Positions 45,784 through 55,215 of a stretch of 64,000 bases of DNA are shown piece after piece. The position numbers and the translations under genes are program-made. The DNA is from Bdellovibrionales bacterium (GTDB lineage Bacteria; Pseudomonadota; Alphaproteobacteria; Micavibrionales; UBA2020). Below the pieces are notes generated by a model. It was given only the letters and a program-made list of their open reading frames with translations. It ran no database searches and had not been told where the DNA came from. Position 1 is the first letter of the stretch; each line of letters opens with the position of its first letter. The stretch covers positions 2,296 through 66,295 of the forward strand of contig JBBRVE010000001.1 of the NCBI GenBank assembly GCA_038247245.1. Direction: 5' to 3'.

Positions 45784-46899
45784 TTACGACCAGCTTTCGT
45801 AGCGCACGGAACGGGGCTTCGGCTTCAGCAATTCCTTCAATTCATCGCTCTGCGTGAAATCGGGATATTTGGCGATGATGCGTTGCGCATGATCGACGGT
45901 GGCGTCATTCGGGCGCACCAGCGTCAGGCGTTTCAGGCGCACGTCTTCGTCATAGGCGCGCGTACTGACGATTTCTTCGCCGTCGCTGGCGATCTGTGTG
46001 ATGCCGATGTCGAAGGCATCCAGCAACCCGCCCACGAAAAGCGATTTTGCCTCATAACGGCTGGATTCCTTCACCAGTTTGCGGTCGAGCGTATCTTCCA
46101 CAAAAATCACGTTGTATTCGGTCTTGGCGCCGCCCGCCACGATCTTCCAGCTTTCCAGCGCGCGCGTGCGCTTGGCGATGTCGAAGTTTTTCTCGACATG
46201 GCTTTTCGGTTCCGGGAAGGCTTCCTTGCTGATGCTGAAACCGTAACCGTCGCTGTGGCGGAATTCCTGCTCCTGCACGGCGAGCCCGGCGGCGTTGAAC
46301 ACTTCTTTAAGATAGGCGCGGTTTTTTTTGAGCGATCCTTGCGAGCGCATGAAGATATCGACGTCGCGCACCGGACGCTGGTTGAACGTGTCACGCAGGG
46401 CGCCGCCCGCAATCACGGCCTCGGTCGAACCGGCGGCATGGAACGTCGTCAGCACCTTGCGCCATTCCTGCGGAATTTGTTCGATGCGTTTGTCAATGAA
46501 GCGGCCTTCGACAAAGGCCTGACCCGCAACGGGATCATTCGCGGGCGCGGGCGTGGTCGAGGGTGCGACCTCTTCCCAAGGCTGGCCGTTGCTGCGTAAT
46601 CCTGCCTGCCGCAGCAGCTGCACATAGCGCAGATATTTATCGGACATGGCCGCGCGCAACGCCGCCATGTCTTCCGCGTCGGGATGCGCGCCCCATGTGG
46701 CCAGCAGGCGGATCATCGGCGCGTCTTCGCGCATCAGCGCGAGGCGCATATGTTTCCATTCGGGCGGATCCTGACGGTTCTGCCAGAACGCCTTGTCGAA
46801 AAACTCCCGTGCCTCCGCAATATCGCCCTTCGCCACGATTTCGGAAAGCGCGTCATCGAAACGGCCGGGTTTCGGCCAGGGCTTGGAGGGTTCAACCAT
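45784..46899 (-). CDS. Hypothetical protein: ankyrin-like N-terminal segment plus a poly(A)-polymerase/CCA-adding-enzyme-like nucleotidyltransferase head motif
   Basis: N-terminus MRLALMREDAPMIRLLATWGAHPDA (ANK-like). The central AVIAGGALRDTFNQRPVRDVDIFM matches the GG-x-x-RD...D-x-D head-domain pattern. Confidence 0.55.
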   Translation of the reverse strand: MVEPSKPWPKPGRFDDALSEIVAKGDIAEAREFFDKAFWQNRQDPPEWKHMRLALMREDAPMIRLLATWGAHPDAEDMAALRAAMSDKYLRYVQLLRQAGLRSNGQPWEEVAPSTTPAPANDPVAGQAFVEGRFIDKRIEQIPQEWRKVLTTFHAAGSTEAVIAGGALRDTFNQRPVRDVDIFMRSQGSLKKNRAYLKEVFNAAGLAVQEQEFRHSDGYGFSISKEAFPEPKSHVEKNFDIAKRTRALESWKIVAGGAKTEYNVIFVEDTLDRKLVKESSRYEAKSLFVGGLLDAFDIGITQIASDGEEIVSTRAYDEDVRLKRLTLVRPNDATVDHAQRIIAKYPDFTQSDELKELLKPKPRSVRYESWS

Positions 46900-46998
46900 G
46901 TGCTCAGGAAACCTTATAATCTGGGATGATGGACTGCCCTAAAGTAAGGCACTCCAGCGCATTATGTCAATATGTTTTTACTATTTTAAATCAGTGAC

Positions 46999-47835
46999 TT
47001 AGGTAATATTAAACCCAATACGGGCGACCGTCTGCACGGGCAGCGGAGAATCCGGCTTTTCCGCCGCCGCTGTAAAAGCAGTGATCAGCGGCGCGGGGGC
47101 CGAGGCCTGCTGGTTGAATGTTTCCGACAATATGCCACCGCCCGACTTGGCCCAGTCCTTCACCGCGCCGAATGCGTTTTGCAGGATGCCTGTCTTGGCG
47201 AGCCAAGCACCCAGCGCGCCGGTCGCCGTGCCAGACAGGAAAGAAATGCCCGCGCTTTTCGCACGCTTACGGTCGATCAGTTTTACGTCGGCGCGCTTTT
47301 CTTTCGGCCCCATGAAACGGTCGGTCACATATTCCTTGCCGTAACTGTAAATACCGCTGGCCGCCCCTGTGGCCAAGGCCAGCAGTGCAAGCCCGCCAAA
47401 GGTCGACACGCCGCCGATCATGCCCGCGACCCAAGTGATGGCGATCAGGCGAAAAGTGCCTGAAACGATGCGTCCGGCGATCATATCGGCGGCTTTGCTG
47501 CCGACGCTTTTCAGCACATTGCGGAAACGGTTGCCTTCGGCGCGCCACGCCTTCAGGATATCGCCGAAGCCCGCGACATCGACGCCCTTTTCAAACAACT
47601 TGATCTTGAGCGGCTTTTTTTTCTCGGCCGGTTTTTCATCGCCGGCAGGCGCTGCGGCGGCCGGTTCCGGACTGTCGTTTGAAGGCGGCGGGGTGACAGG
47701 AACCGGCGCGGGATCTGCCGCAGGCGCAGTTGCGGGATCGGGCGTTGCCGCCTCGTCCTTTTTTTCCGGCTTGATATCTGGCGCATCGCCCTTTAAGGGC
47801 GGCGTGATTTCGGCCATCTGGTCGCCTTCAGCCAT
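46999..47835 (-). CDS. Hypothetical membrane protein with a Pro/Ala-rich N-terminal region
   Basis: ORF with a PAPV-rich low-complexity N-terminus, then 2-3 hydrophobic Gly-rich helices. No family recognised. Confidence 0.5.
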   Translation of the reverse strand: MAEGDQMAEITPPLKGDAPDIKPEKKDEAATPDPATAPAADPAPVPVTPPPSNDSPEPAAAAPAGDEKPAEKKKPLKIKLFEKGVDVAGFGDILKAWRAEGNRFRNVLKSVGSKAADMIAGRIVSGTFRLIAITWVAGMIGGVSTFGGLALLALATGAASGIYSYGKEYVTDRFMGPKEKRADVKLIDRKRAKSAGISFLSGTATGALGAWLAKTGILQNAFGAVKDWAKSGGGILSETFNQQASAPAPLITAFTAAAEKPDSPLPVQTVARIGFNIT

Positions 47836-47952
47836 TATTTCGAAGGTTTATTTATAACGAATATGAATAAGCCTGACTAGGGGCTTTGAATTTTCCCATA
47901 TTTTTGCAGTGGATGGAAAAACAGGGTAAAATGAAAGAAAGAGAAAAGGTAA

Positions 47953-48639
47953 ATGCCCATGATCCGACTGCTATTCGCCATTTTGCTGCTGGGGGCGCTT
48001 CCCGTGGCGGCGCGCGCGGAAACTCCGTTCAGCTTCGAATCTGTCGCAGATTATAACGCCATGCGCGAGATGGTCGGAACAAAATTCAAACTGGGCAGCG
48101 ACCGCGACGACCTGCGCAAGGCTTTCGTGGAAGAAGGCAAGGCGACTCAAGTGATCCGCCCCGGCCACGATAAAACCGAAAAATATATCTACGACATCAA
48201 CCTGTGCGGTTTTTACATTTTCCGCTGGAACATTTCCGCCGATTACAGCGATGACGACAAATTGCTGCAGGCCTATGTCAACGGGCTGCCGGTGTTTATG
48301 GCGGGCCGGGCACTGCTGCAACCGGCAGGCATGGGCGGCAAGACCAGTTACGGATCCGTCGAGCGCCCGCGCCCGCAAGTGACCAAGGGGAAAAAGAAAA
48401 TCCCCTATATGCAGCTGGATGTGGATGGTGACGAAGCAACCATCGACGACCAGTTCGCAACCGGCCACGGCCCGTCGCGTGCCAACCCCCTATTTCTGGA
48501 TGCTGCTGTCTCGTACAAGGATGTGGAGGCATGGCGGTCGATCTATGACGCGGATGATACCGCAACGATTGCCGAATACCCGAGCTGCAAAAAGCCGCCG
48601 CTGCCGCAGGAAATAAGCGACCTGCTTAAACTGCCATAA
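47953..48639 (+). CDS. Hypothetical secreted protein
   Basis: Signal peptide MPMIRLLFAILLLGALPVAARA. No family recognised. Confidence 0.55.
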   Translation: MPMIRLLFAILLLGALPVAARAETPFSFESVADYNAMREMVGTKFKLGSDRDDLRKAFVEEGKATQVIRPGHDKTEKYIYDINLCGFYIFRWNISADYSDDDKLLQAYVNGLPVFMAGRALLQPAGMGGKTSYGSVERPRPQVTKGKKKIPYMQLDVDGDEATIDDQFATGHGPSRANPLFLDAAVSYKDVEAWRSIYDADDTATIAEYPSCKKPPLPQEISDLLKLP

Positions 48640-49258
48640 GAACCATAAAGGGCACGTCGCAGAAAATATCGACCATGCCATGACCGCGATTGGAAATGCC
48701 GCGCCCCGATAATACGGGCAGCGGGGCGGATGCCGCCGCGTAATCGCATTCACCCGAGATGCTGGCCATCGCCGGTTCCAGCGCAAGGAGCGAGAAAACG
48801 CCGCTGATATTCACCCTGTGCGCGCCCTTGCCGAAAAACCGCACTGCCGGTTCCAGCTTGTCGTCATAAAAAACGGCGGAGGTGAATGCGGCGCGGGATT
48901 TAAGCTCCGCCTGTATCTCGCCGAAATTCGCCAGTTCATGGTCGCGCCGGCCGCCCAGAAACCCGAACAGATGCAGGTTACGCCAGCGCCAGTCGCGCAC
49001 GCCGTTTAAACAAAAACGTAAATCGGTTTCGTCCTGACTGTCTTTGAAAAAAACCGGCGCGCCCGACGGGCTGGAATCACCGTCGCCCACCCACAGCACC
49101 GGTTTCAGCGCAAATTCAATGCCGCCATCCACCGCTATCTGCGGCACTGTCGCAAGCGCCAGCCGCACAAGGTCCTGCGCCAGCAACGGTGCGGCCATGA
49201 CAGGCCCCACCAGCACCAGCGCATCGCCGCCCGCGTCATGGGATTGCCAGACAGTCAT
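48626..49258 (-). CDS. Thiamine pyrophosphokinase
   Basis: VDGG........P..WVGDGDS and ...DETDL..........L.LFGFLGGRRDHELAN match the TPK catalytic motifs (GDxDS, GGRxDH). Confidence 0.8.
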   Translation of the reverse strand: MTVWQSHDAGGDALVLVGPVMAAPLLAQDLVRLALATVPQIAVDGGIEFALKPVLWVGDGDSSPSGAPVFFKDSQDETDLRFCLNGVRDWRWRNLHLFGFLGGRRDHELANFGEIQAELKSRAAFTSAVFYDDKLEPAVRFFGKGAHRVNISGVFSLLALEPAMASISGECDYAAASAPLPVLSGRGISNRGHGMVDIFCDVPFMVLMAV

Positions 49259-49599
49259 CAGGGCTTGGGCAGGAAAGGCTTGCGGGGCGGAGGCACCGCC
49301 GCCGCAGGCGCTTGCGTGAAATAATTCAGGATGGACGGTTTGCGCTCCGTCTCCAGATCCGGCCAGACATCATAGGCCTTGGAAAAACCGGGCAGTTTTT
49401 TTACCTTTTCGAGAAAGGCATCGGAGCATTCCAACAGCAAAATCGGCGCACCTGCGACCGGATCCTTGAAATCGTGGAAATGCACCTGTTCGCCGGATTG
49501 CGCGGCAAGGCCTGCGACGGCGCGGCCCAGTTTGTCGCGGTTGGCGACGACATCGACGATGCTGCCATACATTTCAGCTTCGATCACATGCACGTTCAT
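49258..49599 (-). CDS. Hypothetical protein
   Basis: ORF trimmed to MNVHVIEAEMYG. Its stop overlaps the start of the TPK gene. No family recognised. Confidence 0.45.
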   Translation of the reverse strand: MNVHVIEAEMYGSIVDVVANRDKLGRAVAGLAAQSGEQVHFHDFKDPVAGAPILLLECSDAFLEKVKKLPGFSKAYDVWPDLETERKPSILNYFTQAPAAAVPPPRKPFLPKP

Positions 49600-49665
49600 G
49601 AAAAATGCTCCTGAATAAAATGAATCGTTTGAAGGCCGATTTATAGCAGGCACCGGCGGCAGCCG

Positions 49666-51231
49666 CTAGTAGCCTTTCAGGCTGATTTTGAACGTCGTGC
49701 CGGCTTCGCGCCCCACAAGGGCGATGTCGCCGCCATAGGCTTTCAGCAGCGAACGGGTGATGACAAGCCCAAGCCCCGTGCCGCCCTGTTCGCGGCGGGT
49801 GGTAAAGAACGGCGTGAACAGTTTAGCGGCATTACCCGCCGATATCCCCTGCCCGTTATCGCGCACGGTCACATCCATTTTGTGTTCCCATGATTCGGCC
49901 GCGATATACACCTTGGTCGCGCCATGCTGCAGGCTGTTTTCGATCAGGTTCACGAACACGGTTTCAAGAATATCGGGGCCGATGGCCGCCAGCCAGGGAC
50001 CGTCGGGATGCGTAACCGCCACGCACGGCGCATAGCGTTTTTCAATCGACACCAGCAGCGGCGACATATCGGTGAATTCATCACCCGCCTGCAACACATC
50101 CGCGCGCGCGAGCTCCAGCAGGCGGGAGACGAGGATTTTCAGCCGTCCCGTATCCTGCGTGATGTTCTCCATGAAACGGCGGCGCTGTTCCGGTTCCATG
50201 TCGTTCGCATGGTCGTTCAGCAATTCGACCGCGCCCTGAATGGCCGTCAGCGGTGTTTTGAATTCATGCGCCACATGCATGGCAAAGCTGCGGATATATT
50301 CCGATCGCGCCTCGATCGTCGCCGACATATGGGCGAAGCTTTCGGTCAGCGCCGCCAGTTCGCGGATGGGCGGCGCCGGCAGTTCGTCCCGCTGCGCTTC
50401 GCCCTTCGATACAGCCTGTGCGTGGCGCGTCAGCATACGCAGCGGCTTGCCAATCAGCGTCGCCAGAACCCAGGCAATGCCCGCCGTCATCAGAAGCGCC
50501 ACAACCGCCGCCAGAAAAACGCTTTCGCGTTCATCATATAATGTCTTGAGCACGTTGCGGGGGGAGCGTGACAGATACGCGATGCCCAGCACACGGTCGT
50601 TATCGACAACCGGCATCGCGATAAACACGCGTGTATCCGTGCCGCGCGAAATCGAGGCCAGCGCGGGGCGCGGTTCATCGGAAATACGCTGGCGCAGCGT
50701 GCTGGCATAGACCCCTTTCATGGCCTGCGCGACTTCTTCGGTATGGGCGAGCGACAGCGTCATCTCGCCCGCACCCGCCACCACTGTGCCATCAAAATCG
50801 AGCATCCGCATACTGGCAAGCGTGCTGAATTTCGCTTCCTGCAGCACCGATTCCAGACGGCGGCCTGCGGTTGCGGCTGCCGGATCGGGCTTGTGCGCGG
50901 GCGGCCGCGCATCGGGGCGCGGCGGCAGGATATGTGCGGTACGCAGGTCAATGGTGGGCGGATAGGGCTTGAAGCGTTCATCCAGCACGGGCGCTTTTTC
51001 CATCACGGTGCGGCCATAATTTACGGGGATGTTTTCGCCGTTGAGCGCGTCCTTGTACAGCGCCGACATAAACACGCCCTGCGCGATCAATTCGGCCTCG
51101 GTCTGGCGCACCAGTTCGTTTTCAAACAGGCGGAAGAAATAAACACCGGATAACGGCAGCATCAGCACGATCAGCAAAATCACCGCAAAAACGGTGTGCA
51201 GCCGGATGGTGAAGCGCGGCATTACTGGCAT
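49666..51231 (-). CDS. Two-component sensor histidine kinase (2 TM, HAMP, HisKA, HATPase_c)
   Basis: H-box FAMHVAHEFKTPLTAI, N-box NLIENSLQHG, G-boxes RDNGQGI and GGTGLGLVI. Confidence 0.9.
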   Translation of the reverse strand: MPVMPRFTIRLHTVFAVILLIVLMLPLSGVYFFRLFENELVRQTEAELIAQGVFMSALYKDALNGENIPVNYGRTVMEKAPVLDERFKPYPPTIDLRTAHILPPRPDARPPAHKPDPAAATAGRRLESVLQEAKFSTLASMRMLDFDGTVVAGAGEMTLSLAHTEEVAQAMKGVYASTLRQRISDEPRPALASISRGTDTRVFIAMPVVDNDRVLGIAYLSRSPRNVLKTLYDERESVFLAAVVALLMTAGIAWVLATLIGKPLRMLTRHAQAVSKGEAQRDELPAPPIRELAALTESFAHMSATIEARSEYIRSFAMHVAHEFKTPLTAIQGAVELLNDHANDMEPEQRRRFMENITQDTGRLKILVSRLLELARADVLQAGDEFTDMSPLLVSIEKRYAPCVAVTHPDGPWLAAIGPDILETVFVNLIENSLQHGATKVYIAAESWEHKMDVTVRDNGQGISAGNAAKLFTPFFTTRREQGGTGLGLVITRSLLKAYGGDIALVGREAGTTFKISLKGY

Positions 51232-51929
51232 GGACCCAGCTTGTAACCGATGCCATGGTTCGTCAGGATCACCTCGGGAATATCGCAGGCGGCGAATTTC
51301 TGGCGCACGCGGCGGATATGGCTGTCGATGGTGCGGTCGCTGACCGTAATGTCGCCATAAGCCCGGTCCATCAATTCGTCGCGCGTAAAGACGCGGTCGG
51401 GGCTGCGGAACAGCACCAGCAGCAGCATGAATTCCGTTGCGGTAAGCGCGACAGATTTGCCATTACAAAATGCCGTATAGCTGGCGGCGTCAATCGTGAC
51501 CTTGCCATGCGAAAATTTCTGCGGCGCATCGGCGGGAGCGCCCGCGGATGCTGTGCGGCGTTTCAGGATCGCGTTGATGCGCGCCACCAGTTCGCGCGGG
51601 CTGAACGGCTTCGTCACATAATCATCGCCGCCCAGTTCAAACCCGATGATGCGGTCGATTTCCTCGTCGCGCGACGACAGGAACAGGATCGGCACGTCGC
51701 TGGATTTTCGCAAACTGCGGCAGACCTCCAGCCCGTCCAGCTCCGGCATGGAAATATCCAGCACCAGCAGGTCCGGCGCATGTTTCGCCGCCATGTCGAG
51801 CGCCTGACGGCCATCGGCCGCCTGCAGCACGCTCATGCCGGCCTTTTCCACCGCAAAGGCCACGACCTCGCGGATATGGGGGTCGTCATCGACGACGAGA
51901 ATCTGTTTTGCCATTTTGAACGCCATCAC
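51222..51929 (-). CDS. OmpR-family response regulator
   Basis: ILVVDDD...DLLVLDISMPELDG...LSSRDEE.D...G...G.DDYVTKPFSPREL. The winged-helix C-terminus reads LTATEF.LL......VFTRDEL.....G.......RTIDSHI.R.R.K. Alternative start is M6 at 51914. Confidence 0.92.
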   Translation of the reverse strand: MMAFKMAKQILVVDDDPHIREVVAFAVEKAGMSVLQAADGRQALDMAAKHAPDLLVLDISMPELDGLEVCRSLRKSSDVPILFLSSRDEEIDRIIGFELGGDDYVTKPFSPRELVARINAILKRRTASAGAPADAPQKFSHGKVTIDAASYTAFCNGKSVALTATEFMLLLVLFRSPDRVFTRDELMDRAYGDITVSDRTIDSHIRRVRQKFAACDIPEVILTNHGIGYKLGPCQ

Positions 51930-51947
51930 CCTTATGATGCCTCCTTT

Positions 51948-53417
51948 CTAGCGTAAAACAGGGGGATTGTCATTACGCTCGGAAAGTCGCTGTTTGCGCC
52001 ATGTCCAGCCGCGCCAGTCGGCGGTATCGCGGTCGAGGCCGTCCTCCAGCCCTTTCAGCACGACGCCCACATATGCGCGGCCCAACCCATCCTTCATTTC
52101 ACCGTAATACCAGCGGAGCGCAGGGATGGAATCGGACCCGATTTCCTTCAGGTAACCGAGGTCGAGCGACACGCCCTTGCCGCCCGCTTCCCGCGCGTGG
52201 TGAACGTTATATTGCGCAATCATATTGCCGAAATCCATGAAGCAACAGGCATAGAGCAATCCGGTCAGCACCAGTGCGTTCACGTTGATCAGCCACATAT
52301 TGCTGCGCTGCAGGTAAATGCGCGCCAAAATCAACAGCAGCCCCACCGCGACCAGCCCCATCCAGATCAGAGCCGCCACGCGCAAGTATGTCAGCGAGTA
52401 TGATTCCACGTAATTCAGCGTCCGGTCGATGGAGGATACGACAAGGAACACGTTTTGCAGCACCCAAGCCGTCACCAACGCCGTTGCCGCCTTTGACCGT
52501 AACGCCATCTGCGCATTATCGAAGGTGACCAGCACATAACCACCCGCCAGCAAGGCGGTCACGATCAGCGGATAGGCACCGGCATGGGCGTATTGCGCGA
52601 AATTCATGCCGGCAGGGAAGGCCCCCTGCCCCGTCCACAGGAACGCGACGTCGAATGCGTTCTGCACGGCGAAAATGACGTTGAACAGCACCAACGAAAA
52701 CACCAGCGAGCGGCGGCTGACCCAGGTTGCGGTATCAAGGCGCCCCAATGATGCGGTGACCGGTTTCGACAGGCCAAACCGGGGACGCAGCAGCGCCCAG
52801 ATCACCGCCCCCGTCGCCGCCCAGTAAAACCAGCGCGCGGGCGAGAGCAGAACATCCTGCCAGTTCGCCCAGCCGATTTTGGCCAGCGCCGCCGCCAGCA
52901 CGGGATTGGCTTCCGAAAACAGGTAAATGAATACCGCCGCCAGCGTCAGCGGGAAAACAGCGAAAACAAAGCTGTGGCGAATGCCGCCACGGGGCACTTT
53001 CAGGCGCAACGCCGCCTTTTCACTACGCCGGATATCGCGCCGCCATTGCGACAGCGTACGGAGCGCAAGGCGCAGCATATCCTTGGCCAACAGCACGGCA
53101 TTCAGCGCTGCATCGCGTTTGTGCAGCACCAGCAGCGTGGCAATCCCGCCCGCAAATAGCCAGAGTGTCAGCGTCGCGGGCGCGTTCATCATGGCGACCG
53201 ACAAGGCGATCAGCGCTGTTGCGATGACCTGAGAGGGTTTATGCCGTACCAGCGCGGGCTGCAGCAGGCAAAGCGTGGAAATCAGGGAGAAGGCAAACAG
53301 CCCCGCCGTCCACCCGGTGCCATGCCCATAGAAAAGCCAGTCGGCGGCGGCAGTCAAGCCAAGGCACGCCGCCAGTTTTGCCGCGATGGTGGGGCGAAAA
53401 CTAGCGGCCCGCATCAT
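51948..53417 (-). CDS. Polytopic membrane protein (DUF4153/DUF4173-like)
   Basis: About 490 aa with at least 10 hydrophobic segments, upstream of and co-oriented with the RR-HK pair. The family name is from memory of similar architectures. The start is uncertain (53417 or 53465). Confidence 0.6.
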   Translation of the reverse strand: MMRAASFRPTIAAKLAACLGLTAAADWLFYGHGTGWTAGLFAFSLISTLCLLQPALVRHKPSQVIATALIALSVAMMNAPATLTLWLFAGGIATLLVLHKRDAALNAVLLAKDMLRLALRTLSQWRRDIRRSEKAALRLKVPRGGIRHSFVFAVFPLTLAAVFIYLFSEANPVLAAALAKIGWANWQDVLLSPARWFYWAATGAVIWALLRPRFGLSKPVTASLGRLDTATWVSRRSLVFSLVLFNVIFAVQNAFDVAFLWTGQGAFPAGMNFAQYAHAGAYPLIVTALLAGGYVLVTFDNAQMALRSKAATALVTAWVLQNVFLVVSSIDRTLNYVESYSLTYLRVAALIWMGLVAVGLLLILARIYLQRSNMWLINVNALVLTGLLYACCFMDFGNMIAQYNVHHAREAGGKGVSLDLGYLKEIGSDSIPALRWYYGEMKDGLGRAYVGVVLKGLEDGLDRDTADWRGWTWRKQRLSERNDNPPVLR

Positions 53418-53580
53418 CGCTCCGGTCGCCGGAGGAGCAGGAAGCCAGCCACGCTTGCGCCGCAACTGCGTAAAGGAAATCGTGGAACTGTTCTTCCCGT
53501 TTGCGCCGGAAAAATTCTGCGGCGGGAGGGATGAGGAAACCGAGGAGCGGCAGCGCCGCGGAGGTGATGAGCATTTTCAT
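53401..53580 (-). CDS. Possible small membrane protein (59 aa)
   Basis: AGGATGG lies upstream of the ATG at 53580. MKMLITSAALPLLGFLIPPAAEFF.... It overlaps the next gene's start by 17 nt. Confidence 0.3.
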   Translation of the reverse strand: MKMLITSAALPLLGFLIPPAAEFFRRKREEQFHDFLYAVAAQAWLASCSSGDRSDDAGR

Positions 53581-53669
53581 GTTAACCATCCTATGCCCCA
53601 TATGTGCAGGCATCATGGCATCGGCGTGACATTATAAAGGCGTTTTGGTGCAAAATTTGTGCAGGACGC

Positions 53670-53709
53670 AAAAAAAGACACGCATTCAATGGGGTCTGAA
53701 TGCGTGTCC
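53670..53709 (-). terminator. Rho-independent terminator
   Basis: Minus strand: gacacgcattcagaccccattgaatgcgtgtcttttttt. Confidence 0.85.
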
Positions 53710-53741
53710 GGGGCAGGGTCCTGTGTGGAGGCAGATGCCGC

Positions 53742-53891
53742 CTATCTGCGCCAGTCGGCCCAGACGTTCTCGAATTTTCGGTCGGTTTCCTTGTCGGTTT
53801 TCGGGCTGCAGCTGCAGACGTTGCTGCCGTAATTATCCGCTGCGGCCATCATTTTTTCGTACAGCGTGCTGCCGGGGTCGGGCGTGGACAT
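53742..53891 (-). CDS. Small ORF (49 aa) with a CxC motif, downstream of the PilZ gene; below the ORF-track cutoff
   Basis: An AGGAGG RBS lies 5 nt upstream of the ATG. The translation is MSTPDPGSTLYEKMMAAADNYGSNVCSCSPKTDKETDRKFENVWADWRR. A terminator follows. Confidence 0.55.
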   Translation of the reverse strand: MSTPDPGSTLYEKMMAAADNYGSNVCSCSPKTDKETDRKFENVWADWRR

Positions 53892-53900
53892 TTTAACCTC

Positions 53901-54368
53901 CTATGCCTGTTGTTCGGTTTGCGATTCCATGAAACGTTGCGCGTTGAAACTGTCGATCACGCGGTCAAACTTGCGTGCCATGTCTTTCGACAGCGGCGAC
54001 AGCTGGGCGACGGTGCGTTCGCCGTCGTTGCGCAGGATTTCGGCCTCGACAGGAATGTCGATCGATCCCTGTAGCAGGCTGAAACGCAGCGTCATTTTCT
54101 CGACCTGGCCCGGCACCATTTCGGGCACTGCGGCTTCTTCGTAATACACGCGGCCGATATTCCATTTATGGTCGGGCGTGTCGAACGCGATGCCGTTGCG
54201 GCTCCAGTCATGCACCTTGTATCCGCGGCGGCCGATCATGACCTGCACCTGCATGCCGTCGCGGCGGGGGGCGCGACGGGAATCCGCATGTATGTTGGCG
54301 TTGGCGGCGGGATTGAACAGGCCGAGGCTGCTGATGATGTTGTCGAACATGGCATATATTTCCTTCAT
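53901..54368 (-). CDS. PilZ-domain protein
   Basis: RRAPRR (RxxxR) and DWSRNGIAF (DxSxxG) are the c-di-GMP-binding signatures. Confidence 0.8.
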   Translation of the reverse strand: MKEIYAMFDNIISSLGLFNPAANANIHADSRRAPRRDGMQVQVMIGRRGYKVHDWSRNGIAFDTPDHKWNIGRVYYEEAAVPEMVPGQVEKMTLRFSLLQGSIDIPVEAEILRNDGERTVAQLSPLSKDMARKFDRVIDSFNAQRFMESQTEQQA

Positions 54369-54389
54369 CTTTTTCTTCTTTTATTGTTG

Positions 54390-55157
54390 TTACGCGTTGA
54401 TGCCGCCATCCACGGTCAGCGTCGTGCCCGTGATATAGCTGGCATCGCCGGATGCCAGAAATGCAACGGCTGCGGCGACTTCTTCCGCCTTGCCATAGCG
54501 GCCAAGCGGGGTTTGCGATTTCAAAAGCTTGCTGAAATCGCCGTCGCTGTCAGGATTCATGTCGGTGTCAATCGGGCCCGGCTGTACAGTGTTGACCGTG
54601 ATACCGCGCCCGCCGAAATCACGCGACCAGCCGCGTGTGTAACCCGCAACTGCCGCCTTGGTCGCGGAATAGGCGGCAAGGCCCGCAAAAGGCGTGCGGT
54701 CGCCCACAACCGAACCGATATTGATGATGCGGCCACCATCGGCAAGTCTGGCAGCCGCCGCCTCGACGGCTGCAGCGACGCCCGTCACGTTAACCGCGAA
54801 CATTTTGTCGGTTTGCGCCTGAATTTCTTCTGCCGTGCCTTCGGCGCCATAAACAAAAACCCCTGCGTTATTAACGAGGATGTCGAGGCGGCCGAGAGCC
54901 TGCACCGCCTGTGTAACAGCTGCCGCAACCGCTTTGCGGTCGGCTGCATCCGCCTTGATCGCGACAGCTTCGCCGCCCAATGCCTGAATTTCTTTCACAA
55001 CCGCATCAGCCTTGTCTTTTGCGCTGACGTAAGTGATGGCGACTTTTGCGCCGTCTGCCGCGAGACGTTTTGCTATCGCAGCGCCAATGCCGCGCGACCC
55101 GCCGGTGACGAGAGCCGTTTTGCCGGAGAGTTTGTTTTCGTTTTTCATGATAGTCAT
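54390..55157 (-). CDS. SDR-family oxidoreductase
   Basis: GKTALVTGGSRGIGAAIA, NNAG, YSATKAA, and the ending G.TLTVDGG. Confidence 0.9.
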   Translation of the reverse strand: MTIMKNENKLSGKTALVTGGSRGIGAAIAKRLAADGAKVAITYVSAKDKADAVVKEIQALGGEAVAIKADAADRKAVAAAVTQAVQALGRLDILVNNAGVFVYGAEGTAEEIQAQTDKMFAVNVTGVAAAVEAAAARLADGGRIINIGSVVGDRTPFAGLAAYSATKAAVAGYTRGWSRDFGGRGITVNTVQPGPIDTDMNPDSDGDFSKLLKSQTPLGRYGKAEEVAAAVAFLASGDASYITGTTLTVDGGINA

Positions 55158-55197
55158 TACCTTTGTGTTTTTCTAATTTTTGGCGGTACCTTTATTT

Positions 55198-55215
55198 CTG
55201 TACCTATAAGTACAG
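55198..55215. promoter_or_regulatory. Candidate TetR operator (perfect 6-N6-6 inverted repeat)
   Basis: CTGTAC-CTATAA-GTACAG, in the AT-rich divergent SDR/TetR intergenic region. Related half-sites (tctgtacc, atacagtaca) recur at about 55249 and 55335. Confidence 0.45.
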
